Translations under genes and position numbers: made by a program
Source of the DNA: Octopus bimaculoides
Taxonomy: Eukaryota
Direction of reading: 5' to 3'
DNA: 64,000 nt
Assembly (NCBI RefSeq): GCF_001194135.2
Contig: NC_068990.1
Location: 67,218,646-67,282,645, forward strand
Shown: in pieces, positions 1-13,639 of the stretch
Numbering within the stretch: the first letter of the stretch is position 1
How the letters are laid out: every line of letters starts with the position of its first letter
Notes under the pieces: model-generated
The model's input: only the letters and a program-made list of their open reading frames with translations
Databases searched by the model: none
Told to the model about the DNA's origin: nothing

Positions 1-204
1 CATTTTCATTCTCCCTCTTCTTGAAAATTTGCCATGCAATGAAAGCCGGCTAGAAATCTATATTAAAATATGCTTTCAGTTTAGCATTCTGCCTTATTAT
101 TATTTTTCATTTTCCTATTATTTCTCCACGTGCAGTTAGCACAACCCCACTATTTACTGACTTATATATATATATAAATGCATATATCTATGTGTGTGTG
201 TGTG

Positions 205-392
205 TGACTTTGTGTCTGTGTTTGTCTCCTTATCATTGCTTGACAACTGGTGGTGGTGTGCTTACATCCCTATGAATTAGCGGTTCAGCAAAAGAGGTTG
301 ATAGAACAAGTACTAGGCTTAAAAAAAGTAAGTGCTGGGATTGATTTGTTCATCGCCTGAGTCAAATGATTGAAACAAGTAAAAGAATAAAA
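205..392 (+). mobile_element. SINE family A, 3' part
   Basis: gcttgacaac...caaaagag...agtactaggctt...gtcaaatgattgaaacaagtaaaaga matches the 3' half of copies at 28385-28765 and 38181-38530 (opposite strand). Confidence 0.7.
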
Positions 393-401
393 TTGTATAT
401 A

Positions 402-601
402 CAGGGTGTAATGGGTAAATTGTCATTTTATATTTTAGATTTTGTGCATGCACATTGTTTGTTTTTGATTTTGTCAACTACAGAGTATAGTAGGGTCAGT
501 TGGGCACCGTCTGTGAGAAAAACAGCACCATGACACAATTCACTCTGCCACAAATTTGGTAACGACATGCTGTTCTACTTGGCATTCATGCCAGAAGCTC
601 C
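402..601 (+). mobile_element. Tc1/mariner-type 5' end with decayed transposase start (MTQFTLPQIW*RHAVLLGIHARSS from ATG 530), cut off at the CR1 junction
   Basis: TA|CAGGGTGT terminus typical of Tc1/mariner TIRs; family assignment is by recognition only. Confidence 0.45.
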
Positions 602-3190
602 AGTACGAAAATCCCAAGCTATTGCAGTACTTGGTCCTTACTCTAGAAGGGATGGATCAGACTTCGAAACAGTGCCGTGGCATCCTGTTCAGGGACTGGT
701 GCAACTCTCGATGCCAAAGTTTGGTTGCCAGCACCTCTAGGATCTTCCATATGTATATCACTGCATATCTCTCCTGTTTTCATTCCAGAAAGTAGAGTCA
801 TAATTGTTTCAGCTTCTTTCAGTAGTTCAAGTGTTTCATTGGTGCAATGTTTAGCACCTCTGAACTGCCTCAAGTTTCACTATTAAATTGACACTGTGGG
901 GTGACCGTAGTGATGAGTAGCAGAGCAGATTGCTGAGGAGAAATTTCCTCTAAAGTACCAGCATAGTTTACTAGGCCCATGTTTACAACTTTCTCAGAAT
1001 TCAGCCAGTCATTCACCTGCACATTGATACCTTGATGATATGCACATGAAATGATGCATCATTGTTCATATCAATCCCCATGTCATGCACTATGCTTGAC
1101 TCTGGGATTGTTGCTTCTTTGATGTAAAATATTTTCATTGCACTGTGTTAGCACAAGCTGGCTGATAATGAAGGGCTTGGAATTTTCCTGCGCTAAGTTG
1201 TTTTTTTCTTCAGCCCATTTGTATACAGCATCTTGAATTTTTCTGTTGAAGATGAATATTGAGATGGTTCTTGACTGTGTGTGCTACTTTTTTGTTGTTG
1301 GCATAGTTAATAAGAATGACAGGTTGTATAACTGATGGCATATCTGAGAGGGCTACTACAAACAGCAGCAGTAATAGGACAGTTCGTTGAGCCATTCCAT
1401 TTGCTATTAACATTCTTTTAGAGAGGGCTCCATTGGCAGCTACAACCTAGTTTCTGCCTTTTAAGAAGTCATGTAACCACTCTTCCAGCTTTCTTCATAG
1501 CTTGTGATATATTATCCTGTGATTAGCCTTATCAAAAGCTTTTGCAAAATCAAGATATATTACATCCATGTTTGAGCAATCCATTTGTTCAACATCCAGT
1601 TATAATGTCACAGAAGCTGTGTAAAGCAGAAGCCATGCTTAGTGTCAAGGAGCAAGTCGTCATCTTCTATGAATGTGATCAGCTCCTTCTTGACAATGTG
1701 TTCCATGACTTTGGTGATATGTAAGGTTAGAGAAACAACCCTATAAATTTTAGCATCTACTCTATTTTCTCCTTTATGGATTGGGCATACTTTGCCCTGC
1801 TTTAACTTGCTGAGAAGTCTACCATTTAGAAAGAAGCTTTAGAGCAGGATCTACAGTGGTCTTGCTAAAGCACCTTTGCATTTTTTAGGAGGATTGCTGG
1901 GAATCCATCAACATCAGTGGCTGAATTTAAGTTCATTTCATCAATAGTTGATATTAAATCAGTTACCTCTACCTTAATATCGATAATTGCTGTCCCTTTG
2001 TGTAGAGCTCTCGTGTCAAAGAACTCATTTGATATATTTGTTTGCAAGTGTCCCAATGGAGATGAGAAAACACTTTTGTTTTACATATTCAATATTTCAT
2101 TTATCCTTTGGCTTCTGAAGTGAGTGAGTCATTTGCTTTGAGCAGCAACACTATCTTGTACTGTACAAAAGCAGACACTTTGCAAATATAGAAAGCTTTA
2201 GGATTTGCTTTACATATTTTTACAGCCCAGACTTATGTTTTTGTTCTCTCCTTTGCATGGGAGTGCTTGAATTCATTTTTAATCTCAAGCAGTGTTCATT
2301 TGAGATAGGCTTTCTTTCTATCCTTTAGTGGCCCATTTAGACAATTTGAGACATTTGTCAGCTTGATAGAATTTTCCTATCTCTGGGAATTATGCTTTTG
2401 TGTCAGTTTGACATTCTCTGTGGAGTAAACTTAATGCATACATCATGCATGATTGTCATAAAGTTCTGTAGCTTAATGTCATTATTCTGCATAGAAAGAC
2501 TAGTAGATCAGTTTTGTTGCAGGACCCCTTTCTGAATACCGTTCCAATTAGCATTTTGAAATTTCAGGCCGGAAAAGAGTTGGGTACTTCTGGTAAACTG
2601 TATGTCTGCAGTTTTTCTCAGATCTTGCATTGTTAACCCCACTAAGTCATGGTTTGAGAAAATTGTTGGTGTTACTTTAACATTATGGATGAGTACCACA
2701 TTATTTGTGAAGTAGAGATGTCCCTCAAGCCACTTGACAGTAGTGTTCTAGAAGTGTTCTAGAAAAAGTATGTGAAGGCTGTCTTCTAGATTAGTTAACA
2801 CTACTTCCATCGTTTTTAGGCTCTCTTTGAAATGAGTCCCCATCTGGTTGGTGATATGTAGCATGAATTACTGTATTAATTTGTTTAATATATACTATCA
2901 GTGTGTCACAGACTGAGTTTGAGTATAACAACTTCCTGAATGTGCATTGCAGCTCCACCACAAGTTATTTCTCCCTTGTCAGCTTGAAATACAAAATGGT
3001 TTGGTGTGTGTGTATTTCAGCATCTGTTCTGTCAGCTGCCAGATGCATTTCTCTTTGTGGTATGCATTTTGCTTGATTAGGTGTAACTCAGGTATGGGGT
3101 TTTGTACTAGTGGGTTGTTATAAGGCCTCTGGCTTTCAGTTATAGCACTGGTATGGCATATGGGATGTTTAACGTGGCCATTTATCTGAT
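600..3190 (-). pseudogene. Decayed CR1/L2-clade LINE ORF2 (APE endonuclease + reverse transcriptase)
   Basis: Minus-strand translation across frameshifts: ARGL, TCGGAAMHI and PTIFSNH (endonuclease); VDGFPAILLK, KVCPIHKG, VSLTLHITKVMEHIVKK, DFAKAFDKANHR, GMAQRTVLLLLLFV and INYANN (degenerate YADD) (RT); RYAVIYIWKILE (C-terminus). Confidence 0.85.
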
Positions 3191-3484
3191 ATTTGTGAAG
3201 ACATCAGGGGTGACTATCCTGGATCTTTTGCTATTTGCAATACTCTTGCAAGTTGGTACATGATTTTTTGATCTTGTAGTTAGATCAGCAGTCTTATGCT
3301 TCTTTGCACTATATTCACAAAAGACTGCTGGTGTCTGTATTACCTTCGTGTATTGCTATTTCTAGAAGCAGTATGTGTAACCTCTGCATATTTCAAAGAT
3401 AGAAACAGTGTATGTTGTGACCTGAGCTTTAGATGTATGAAGCAACAATTTGTCCCCACCTCTCTATGCCAGCAGACAACTTGT

Positions 3485-3486
<2 letters not shown>

Positions 3487-3538
<52 letters not shown>
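3487..3538. repeat. (TG)n microsatellite
   Basis: Direct reading. Confidence 0.95.
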
Positions 3539-3542
<4 letters not shown>

Positions 3543-3554
3543 CTTATATATGTC

Positions 3555-3700
3555 TGGCATTAAGACAGACATCCAGCTGTTGAAACCAAGCCAAACCAGA
3601 CTTGAGCCTGGTACAGCCCTCCAGCTTATCAGTTCCAGTCAAACCATTTAACCCATACCAGCATGGAAAATGGTCGCTAAATGATGATAATGATCATGAT
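3555..3700 (+). mobile_element. RTE-derived 3' tail, degenerate
   Basis: catccagctgt...ccataccagcatggaaaa...aaatgatgat, shared with 10352-10520. Confidence 0.65.
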
Positions 3701-3827
3701 GGAGTCATAATGTGGTGTGCATGTGTGACAGAGCTCAAGGTCAATCTGTGGCAAGCAGTTTCACTTTGCGTACTTTAGCTCTATTACCATGGCAACAGTC
3801 CTGATCCTTTCTGATCTGACCTCCTAT

Positions 3828-4040
3828 ACGTGTGTGTGTGTATACATACATACATACATACATACATACATGCATGCATACATATATTCATGCATACATA
3901 TAAACTGATAGATAGATAAACAAATATATTATACACACACATCACATAATTACATGCTCACACATATACATATGTGCCTGTATATGTGCTTGAACATTTA
4001 AAGGAATGTGCGTGTGTGTATGTGTGCATATATATATGTG

Positions 4041-4135
<95 letters not shown>

Positions 4136-4711
4136 GTATATCTATCTATCTATCTATATATATATATATATATGTATTTAACTTTATGTATATATTTGCA
4201 CACTCTTGTGTATGTGCATGTGATCTGTTGTGAATGTGTATTAAAAAGCATTGTTGCATGTGATAATAACAATAATCAAAAAGTACATACAAATTGAAAT
4301 ATAGAGTAAATAAAAACATAAAAGATTTTAGAGAGCAGAGGTAAATTGAAGGAGAGTTGGGAAAACAACAGTCAGGTCAGACTTTGGAAAGTACACAAGA
4401 AAAATATCTCTGCAAACAAGGAAACAGTAGTAGTGAGATGTTGTTCAGACACATTTAAACCCTTATGTTATACAGATATGTTCGATTGTAAATTTCTTCT
4501 CATTTTATATGTATTTTATGGAAATTTTCTCTGAATTTTCACTGGTTCACAATAGAAATGCTTTCAAAACTTAATAATTTATCCATAACAGTTAATAAAA
4601 ACATTTTCCACTAATTCATCAGTCCATTAAACCTGAAATTATATGTTGTGTATGTATGTGGATATGTGTGTGTGAGTGGTTATGTGTGAGTGGTTATGTG
4701 TGAGCATTTCT

Positions 4712-4779
<68 letters not shown>

Positions 4780-5110
4780 GTATGTGTGTAAGTATATTCA
4801 TACGTATATGTTTGTATTTATAGATGTATACACTCATGCATCTATGTACATACAATCCTCTATACACATATAATATATATGCATAAAAGTATATATATAT
4901 ATATGTGCATGTGTATAAATATATGTGTGCATGTATATAAATATCCACACACAAACACACACACACACATATATATTAACATATATGTATATATAGATAT
5001 ATATGCATATATGTATACATACACACGTATACACAGACACATATTTATACATACATGCATACACAAACATATCTACACACACAAAAACATGCACAGATAT
5101 ATGTAAGTGA
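3828..5110. repeat. Compound (TA)/(CA)/(TACA) microsatellite blocks
   Basis: Direct reading; source of the YI/CV/HT-repeat ORFs in the track. Confidence 0.9.
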
Positions 5111-5640
5111 ATTCTAGCTTAAACTGAAATTAGGTAGATTTCAACTATTAGTTTTAAATGTGTATGTGTGTATATTTATGTGCAGATACACTTATATATG
5201 TGTGAGTGTGTGTGTTTTAGAAATAATCTTGGAAAAAATAACTGAAATAATATATTACATTTTAAAACATATTTATATTTGAGATTGTTACTGTTCAACA
5301 TGTTTGCTATAACTGTAAATACAAGCCAAGACATAATGCAATTCTGAAGACACAGAAATACATTTTCAAGATGATTTTCACTCATAACTTGAATCACATT
5401 ACACTAGCCTATGAGTAAGCTACAGAATGAGGATTAGTTGAATAAACAGTGGTCATTGCATTTCTCCATACAATTTATGGGAAGTAATTATTAAATTGTC
5501 CCAAAAAATTGATAAACAATTCGTTGTAAATTTTTAGATTGATGACAATAATATATATACAGCAAGTTTCATATGCTTGTATACATCTTCATTTCTCTTC
5601 TACACAGAAATAAAATGAAAACTGTACAGCTATTATAATG

Positions 5641-5682
<42 letters not shown>

Positions 5683-5751
5683 ACATACATACCTACATAC
5701 ATACATATATATATATACATATATATCAAAATCATAATTGAACCATATTCG

Positions 5752-6183
5752 ATGACTGGCACCTGTGCTAGTGTGTTCATTGCCAGAGCAGCTGTCTGGC
5801 TTCCGTGCTAGTGGCCCGTAAATAGCACCATTTGAGCGTAATCATTACCAATGTCACCTTCTAGCACTTGTGCTGGTGGCACATTAGAAAAACGAGCGAG
5901 CGAGATCATTGCCAGTGCCGCTGGACTGGCTCCGTGCATGGTGGCACATAAAAAACACCTTTTTGAGCATGGCCATTGCCAGCACCGTGTGACTGGCCCT
6001 CATACCGGTGGTACGTAAAAGCACCCACTACAATCTTGGAGTGGTTGGCGTTAGGAAGGGCATCCAGCTGTAGAAACTCTACCAGATCAGATTGGAGCCT
6101 GGTGCAGCCTTCTGGCTTGCCAGTTCTCAGTCAAATCGTCCAACCCATGCTAGCATGGAAAGCGGACGTTAACCGATGATGAT
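5752..6183 (+). mobile_element. RTE LINE 3' UTR with ~60-65 nt diverged tandem units, ending in (GAT)n
   Basis: Colinear with the reverse complement of ~39885-40330, which is joined to an RTE ORF end. Confidence 0.85.
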
Positions 6184-6527
6184 ATATATATATATANNNN
6201 NNNNNNNNNNNNNNNNNNNNNNNNNNNNNNNNNNNNNNNNNNNNNNNNNNNNNNNNNNNNNNNNNNNNNNNNNNNNNNNNNNNNNNNNNNNNNNNNNNNN
6301 NNNNNNNNNNNNNNNNNNNNNNNNNNNNNNNNNNNNNNNNNNNNNNNNNNNNNNNNNNNNNNNNNNNNNNNNNNNNNNNNNNNNNNNNNNNNNNNNNNNN
6401 NNNNNNNNNNNNNNNNNNNNNNNNNNNNNNNNNNNNNNNNNNNNNNNNNNNNNNNNNNNNNNNNNNNNNNNNNNNNNNNNNNNNNNNNNNNNNNNNNNNN
6501 NNNNNNNNNNNNNNNNNNNNNNNNNNN

Positions 6528-6690
6528 GCAAAAACACCTAAAGCTCTACAAGGCTCCGGCAGGTGATGGTGGCGAACCCTGCTGTACTCTTTCACCACAA
6601 CTTTCTCTCACTCCTGTTTCTGTTGTGCCTGTAATTCAAAGGGTCAGCCTTGTCACACTGTGTCACGCTGAATATCCCACGCTGAATATT
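6528..6690 (+). mobile_element. SINE family B, internal fragment
   Basis: aaaacacctaaagctc...accctgctgtactctttcaccacaac...gtcacgctgaatatccc matches 9470 and 24949 copies. Confidence 0.85.
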
Positions 6691-6861
6691 AATCATAGCT
6701 GGTCATAAAATCAGTCAGCATCAGAATGGTAAATCCAAAGAACATTAGCAGCAGAAACAGCTGTTAGATGGGATGCAGTCTTCTGGTAAATTATTAATAA
6801 ATAGTAATTGATGCAAATCAATTGTTGTTCATCAATGTTATCTCCATTTTCTGTTTTCTTA

Positions 6862-6917
<56 letters not shown>

Positions 6918-7943
6918 ATCGAATATTAGTTCATAAGTCTAAAAAGAAGCATACTCAGACACTTTAGAAGTAATTAATATAGTTGTTGGTTATGGCTGAT
7001 CAGGGAGTTGCCATAGGTTTTGCACCTATAACGTTCTTAACTGTATAGGTGACTTGTCAGACTTTTTAACGAGAGGCACATAATATATCTATAACTAGAG
7101 GTAGAAAAACAGACTCCATTAGTCAGGGTTGTGCAAAAAACCCTGAAACATCCCTTCTTGGCAAGATGTAGTTGTCTCCTTTCAACCGGTTCCAGTTGCA
7201 TCTGAAACTAGTCAACATTTGTATGCATTTTGTTCACTAATAAGCAAGCAGAGACTTCCATGTTTTCAACAGAAATTTTCACTGATGAGGACACTGACTA
7301 AACATTTCACTGTCAGAGTCTAAGAAGCCCCCACCCCCATCAACCTGTCAAGTGAGTTCTTCAGGATTCTTGCTCTCACAGCCAAATGAAGTCTGCATCA
7401 TTTGTTCCTGTTATGACATGACCCAGGTTGTTTCAGAAGCTTCCATTTATTTATGTATGGTGTACCCTCTTCTTTTAAATGCCATATGTAGCTGCCCGCT
7501 CAGAGATCCTAAAAGAAGACATCTGATTGTTAAGACATCACTTAAAGGGGACTGTCTAGAATTCTTCATTCAGATCTAGGTCCACAATGTGTCAAGAGTG
7601 GTTACTAGAGAAAGCCTAGGTGAGTTGATATGGAGGTAACGATGCAGATAAATATATGTAGATATATGTGTTTATGTCTATCTATATATCTATATATATA
7701 TATATATCTATACATATATGTGTCAAGCCCAATTGTGTTTATCTACATCACTACCTCTCTTTTCTTTCTTTCTCTCTCTCTCTCTCTCTCTCATACATCT
7801 TAGTTATCTATAATCAAATAAACATCATCATAAATTACATATTCACTTACTAAATACAATTTACTTCATCTCAGTTTTAAAAATGTTTACGGTTATGGAA
7901 TCAACAACAATTATAAACTTCGTGTATTTTTGTTTTGGTGTAT

Positions 7944-7998
<55 letters not shown>

Positions 7999-8668
7999 CA
8001 CTTCTTTAAATGTTGCAGGTATGTACAATAAAATGTATGCATATAAGTTTGTATATGTGTGTGTGTGTTTATGAGCATCTACTTATATAGATGTATAAAT
8101 ACTCCTATGGTTTTTTAATTATTTTTTTCTTGTTTTTGGTTCAAACAGTATATACACTTACATCTATATTTCCTCCCCACGCCCATAAAATTATATGTAT
8201 TGTTTTATTTAATTATATTTCTTATACAAACATTTGTATTTTCTTTTTTGTTGTGTTAAAATAGTTATATGTAACTCTTTGCAACCATGTTTCAAATTTT
8301 GCATATGATAATGTATGTATGTAAACATGTATGTTTATAAACCTATGTATGTGTGTGGTTGTGTATATTTGTGTATAAATATGTGTATATGTATGTTTAA
8401 GTATGTGTATGTGTGGTGCATGTGTGTGTATATACATATGTGTGCATATGTAGTATATACATGTGCATATAGATGTGTATGTGTGTCTCTCTCACTATAT
8501 ATATATATACTTGAATAATCTGAGTATGTTTTTATATACAGATGTTTGTAAAGATTTACATACATAGACTTGTTTGTATAAATCTGAAACTGAACATGTG
8601 TATGATTTTGTGTANNNNNNNNNNTATATATATATATATATGTAGGCATGTATGTGTGTATGCATATG

Positions 8669-8718
<50 letters not shown>

Positions 8719-9469
8719 CCTATGTAAATATATGTGTGTGTGTGTATCTATGTATATATTTGTGTGTGTGTGTATAACTCTCACACTCATTGTTTTTTCT
8801 GTAATATTTGATTTGTTTTTTCTTCCTTCACCTCACCAATCAACAACTCCTGATTACTAAATATAAATGTTTCATCCAGGTGTAAAGTTTGTATTATATA
8901 ATTTCTCTGTCTGAAGAATTTCTAATAGGAAACTCCTTACATATCTATATAACATGTAAAACTCTGTAATTCCTATTAGTAAATGAAACATGTGTAATGG
9001 TGAATAATATCAAGCTAATATGGCTACTTAGAGATGAAAAGAGAGAATATGAGCCAAAATGGTCAACCTTGAGTCAAGAAAAACTGTATGAAATAGGAAG
9101 TAATAGATGTGAACTTTGCTTAGTTCACACCCACTACTTATATCAGAGAGTAATCTTATTAACTGCAGGCAGGAATTAGTGATACGTTGTAAGCATTTTT
9201 ATAATAAATCCTTCTGCAAGTTCTCTAGATAACTTTAACATTATAGCAAGAGACATTGGTTGAATTGGGTATGATGCCTCAGGGATAAATGAAAATTACC
9301 TAATTTCATATATATGTATGTGTATAGTTTCTTTATTTAGTTGAATTTTTAAATCTTTGAAAATTTTTAAATCATATTTTATTTTATCCTTTTATTTATT
9401 TTATTATTGATGTTGATGTTATTATTATTATTGTGGTTGTTATTATTATTATTATTACTATTATTATTT

Positions 9470-10088
9470 GTGGAGGCGCAATGACCCAGTGGTTAGGGTA
9501 GCGGACTCGTGGTCATAGGATCGGGGTTTCAATTCTCGGTACGGGCGTTGTGAGTGTTTATTGAGTGAAAACACCTAAAGCTCAATGAGGCTCCAGCAGG
9601 GAATGGTGGCAAACCCTGCTGTACTCTTTCACCACAACTTTCTCTCACTCTTACTTCCTGATTCTGTTGTGCCTGTAATTCAAAGGGTCAGCTTTGTCAC
9701 ACTGTGTCACGCTGAATATCCCCGAGAACTACATTAAGGGTACAAATGTCTGTGGAGTGCTCAGCCACTTGCACTTTAATTTCATGAGCAGGCTGTTCCG
9801 TTGACCGGATCAACTGGAACCCTTGACATCGTAAGCGNNNNNNNNNNAAACCCTGCTGTACTCTTTCACCACAACTTTCTCTCACTCTTACTTCCTGATT
9901 CTGTTGTGCCTGTAATTCAAAGGGTCAGCTTTGTCACACTGTGTCACGCTGAATATCCCCGAGAACTACATTAAGGGTACAAATGTCTGTGGAGTGCTCA
10001 GCCACTTGCACTTTAATTTCATGAGCAGGCTGTTCCGTTGACCGGATCAACTGGAACCCTTGACATCGTAAGCGATGTAGTGCCAGCA
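9470..10088 (+). mobile_element. SINE family B (tRNA-derived head); 3' half appears twice around a 10-N gap
   Basis: Head gtggaggcgcaatgacccagtggttagg with A box and B-box-like gtttcaattc; body matches 24949-25392. Confidence 0.85.
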
Positions 10089-10129
10089 CTATTATTTATT
10101 TATTTATTTATTATTATTATTATTGTTAT

Positions 10130-10320
10130 GCCAGGCAAAATGCTTTCCAGCATTTTGTCTGTCTTTACATTCTAAACTCAAATCCTGCGTAGGTTGACTT
10201 TGCCTTTCATTCTTTTGGGGTCAATAAATTAAATACCACTGAAACACTGGGATCAAAGTAATCAACTTATCTCCTCCACCAACATGTCAGGCCTTGTGCC
10301 TTTAGTAGAAAGGATTATAA
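10130..10320 (+). mobile_element. SINE family D, 5'-truncated
   Basis: gttgactttgcctttcattcttttggggtcaataaattaaatacc motif shared with 54387-54567. Confidence 0.75.
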
Positions 10321-10351
10321 TATTCATTCCCGGCATGGGAATGCTTATTGT

Positions 10352-10520
10352 ACTACACTCTCTGAGTGGTTGGCGTTAGGAAGGGCATCCAGCTGTAGAA
10401 ACTCTGCCAAATCAGATTGGAGCCTGGTGTAGCCATCTGGTTTCACCAGTCCTCAGTCAAATCGTCCACCCATGCTAGCATGGAAAGCGGACGTTAAACG
10501 ACGACGACGACGACGACGAT
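10352..10520 (+). mobile_element. RTE-derived 3' tail ending in (GAC)n
   Basis: gagtggttggcgttaggaagggcatccagctgtagaaactctgcc...ggaaagcggacgttaaacgacgac. Confidence 0.9.
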
Positions 10521-11261
10521 TATTTATCTTTTAATTGTTTCAGTCATTAGACTGTTGCCATGCTGGGACATGGCACTGATGAAAGTAGCATTAATTTTCT
10601 AGGTCATTCAACTTTTCTCAAATGATCAATAGACCAATTGAGAAACCAATAAGTAACAAACTTATAATGACTACTGCAAACAGCTGTAAGCCAGGTTTAC
10701 TCCAATAAAGGGAAAATATGTAATAACCATTATCTATACTTTGTCTTGTAAATCACTCTGTAAAAAACAGTTTGACTGGAGTACAACTACGGATTTACGA
10801 TATCGAATGGTGATGAACTATAACCTCGGACTCTGCCATAAGAATGCTTGGAGTTCTTTAATAATCCTTTAGCAATATATATATAACTTAATGTGTATTC
10901 ATTATTGAAAGACAGGTTACAACAGTATTTATCCTGAGATATTATCTCTTTGGACATGCAGATACTAGACGTGTTTGTGTGTGTGAATATCTATCCATAT
11001 ATCTAACTATCTATCTATGTATCAATCATTGTGTATCAATTTTGCTGGGAAGTTCTGCACTTCCTAAACCTCCTGCTGACCCCATCCACCTCCCATTTAT
11101 TAAAGAACAAGGAAGGATACAAGATGGACACGTACATAAAACATTAAAGACCTGAACTTGAATACTGTAAAACAAATAAATTTTTGAAAGAAGAGAAGAG
11201 GAGAGGAAAGGGATGACATTAAATACTAATCTTTGTTCCTGATCAGCTGGAAGGTCTCTCA

Positions 11262-11336
<75 letters not shown>

Positions 11337-11991
11337 CCCGTGCACATACTTACATACACATGCACACACACACTATTTCGTAATAACATTTTTTCATCAT
11401 TTCATTGTTTTCTACTGTATCTAATTATTTGTATGTGGTGTGTCACGGTAGATGTCTGAGGGGTGGAACTGAATTTTGACAATGATTTTCAAATAAAAGC
11501 TTCTAAAAATCTTCAATTTTGGCTTCATTCACAGACAATTAATAATAACAATAATAACAATAATGAAAATAAAAGCACTAAAAAAATTATGTAAAACTGA
11601 AGAAAAAAATAAACTAAAAACAAATGCTTGATGGTGGACATGTTGTCTTTTGTGGCGATTTTTCTCAGACATTTACATTTCATTTATGAGATAGAAACAA
11701 TAGAAATTTAATCTCTACGTTCAGTAGTATTAGTAATAAATAATAATAATAATAATAATAAAAGTAAGAATAATAATACCACCACCACCACCAATAATAA
11801 TAATGATAATAATAGATATTTTTCTGCAAGTTAAATCAAATACATATAAAGATGAAAGATATTCATAACAATAAAAAAGTAATAAAATATAATTACAATG
11901 AAAATAATGATGACAGTAATCATTTTTGAATTGTATCTCCCATGCTTGGTCAACTTCCATCACTCCCCTTCTTTTCTCTGTCTCCCTCTCA

Positions 11992-12022
<31 letters not shown>

Positions 12023-12482
12023 ACATATGCACACCCATGAACATTTCACCTCCACCTATCACTGTCCAATACCTTTGCATAAATTCATTCTTGTAGAAGT
12101 CAAGGAGATTATTCAAAGGCAAACTTTTAAATGAATGTGATTTATTAACAACAACCTGATATGAAATAATGTCTGAGGAAAAATATGAAAAATTGATAGT
12201 CATATCTTAATGATTAGTGGACAAAGAGAGAGAGAGAAAGAGAGAGGGATAATGGGGATGTGAAGTAGGAAAAACTGCTTGGTTCTGAGCATGTGTGGAG
12301 GATGTAGACAAAGAACAGGAAGTGCTCACAATAGGGGAGATTTTGTGTATACATGGGCTTAGTATTCTCTCACATTGGCATTGAGCCACAAAGATATTAA
12401 TGAAATTTATAACCAATTGAAGCTATGTATGTATATATGTATGTATGTGTGTGCGTGTGTGTGTATAGTCTATGTGTGTGTG

Positions 12483-12535
<53 letters not shown>

Positions 12536-12750
12536 NNNNNNNNNNNNNNNNNNNNNNNNNNNNNNNNNNNNNNNNNNNNNNNNNNNNNNNNNNNNNNNNN
12601 NNNNNNNTATATATATGTGGGTGAGTGAGTTGGTATGTGAAAGCATGTGGTTGGATGTATAAAAAACAAAATAGAATGAAAAATCCACAGAAGACTTGTA
12701 TTATATAGTTAAAGAATATATTCAAATCGTCGCGTTAGGAAAATGTTATA

Positions 12751-13590
12751 AAGGGTATCATTCTGTATTCTGGGAATGCAATCTGCTAGATTGTATTCCC
12801 AGAATACAGAATGATACCCTTCAGTGAACACATTGTGAGATACGCAAAGCAACTGCTACCACAATTTGTAATCTTTCCATTTTATCAATGTACTATTGGG
12901 ACATCAACAGAAGTTAGATTAAATAAGGAAACCTACCTCATTGAAAAATATAAGCCAAAATTTAACCATCTCTAGCATTTTTAAATAAGGAAATTTGCCT
13001 CATTGAAAAATATAAAGCAAAATTTAACCACTTCTAATATTTTATTCTATCAAAACCAAATCATGTTAAATTAATAAAACCTAATCATTCCCAACATTTT
13101 TTATTATATCCCTTATACCGAAAAAATCCCTGATTACCTCCCCCTGTTTGGAACTCTCCTACATCACACCATAGTGAAGAGATAAGACAATATTGGTAAA
13201 AATATCTGAGAAATTTGAAAAGAAAATACGAAACCAGTTATTTCTCCAAAAACAATGTCACAACTCACAAAATTTTATAGCATTTCCCTAACATGAGAAT
13301 TAAAATATATTCTTTAATCATGTAATACAAGTCTTCTGTAGTTTTTCATTGTCTTTTATACATCCAACCATGTACTTTCGCATACCAACTTTCTCTCCCA
13401 CATTTATTAAAACATGTGAGACCAAAAATGCCACAGAAGACAAACACATCGAATAAAAGTACAAAAAGGACATACTTAAAGAACTCAAAAATATCAGCTC
13501 ACACCTCATTACCTTAAACAACAAAATTGGGGACTCAAGCCTACTCACCCATGAGAGTTTTCTGTAGTTTTTTCATTCGATTTTGTTTTA
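12751..13590 (+). mobile_element. Penelope-like fragment: GIY-YIG C-terminus plus pseudo-LTR-like region, with a fold-back at the left end
   Basis: PEYRMIPFSEHIVRYAKQLLPQFVIFPFYQCTIGTSTEVRLNKETYLIEKYKPKFNHL*; ~60-nt tandem duplication at ~12921-13035; ttctgtagtttttcatt repeated near 13334 and 13559. Confidence 0.6.
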
Positions 13591-13639
13591 TATATATATA
13601 CTTCAGTATGGACAGTATATATATATATATATATATATA

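Noticed and set aside
4545-4627. Minus-strand CTGATGA...GAAA with a possible stem I
   Set aside because: About 50 nt of AT-rich spacer has no convincing stem II; it is likely chance.
7282-7325. CTGATGA followed by a gac-a-ctgac / gtcag-a-gtc stem
   Set aside because: No GAAA, stem III or stem I partner is present; at most an unrecognisable relic.
9611-10076. Apparent ~227-bp tandem duplication inside a SINE
   Set aside because: The two copies look identical and flank a 10-N gap, typical of unmerged contig overlap. The same pattern occurs at ~25180-25277.
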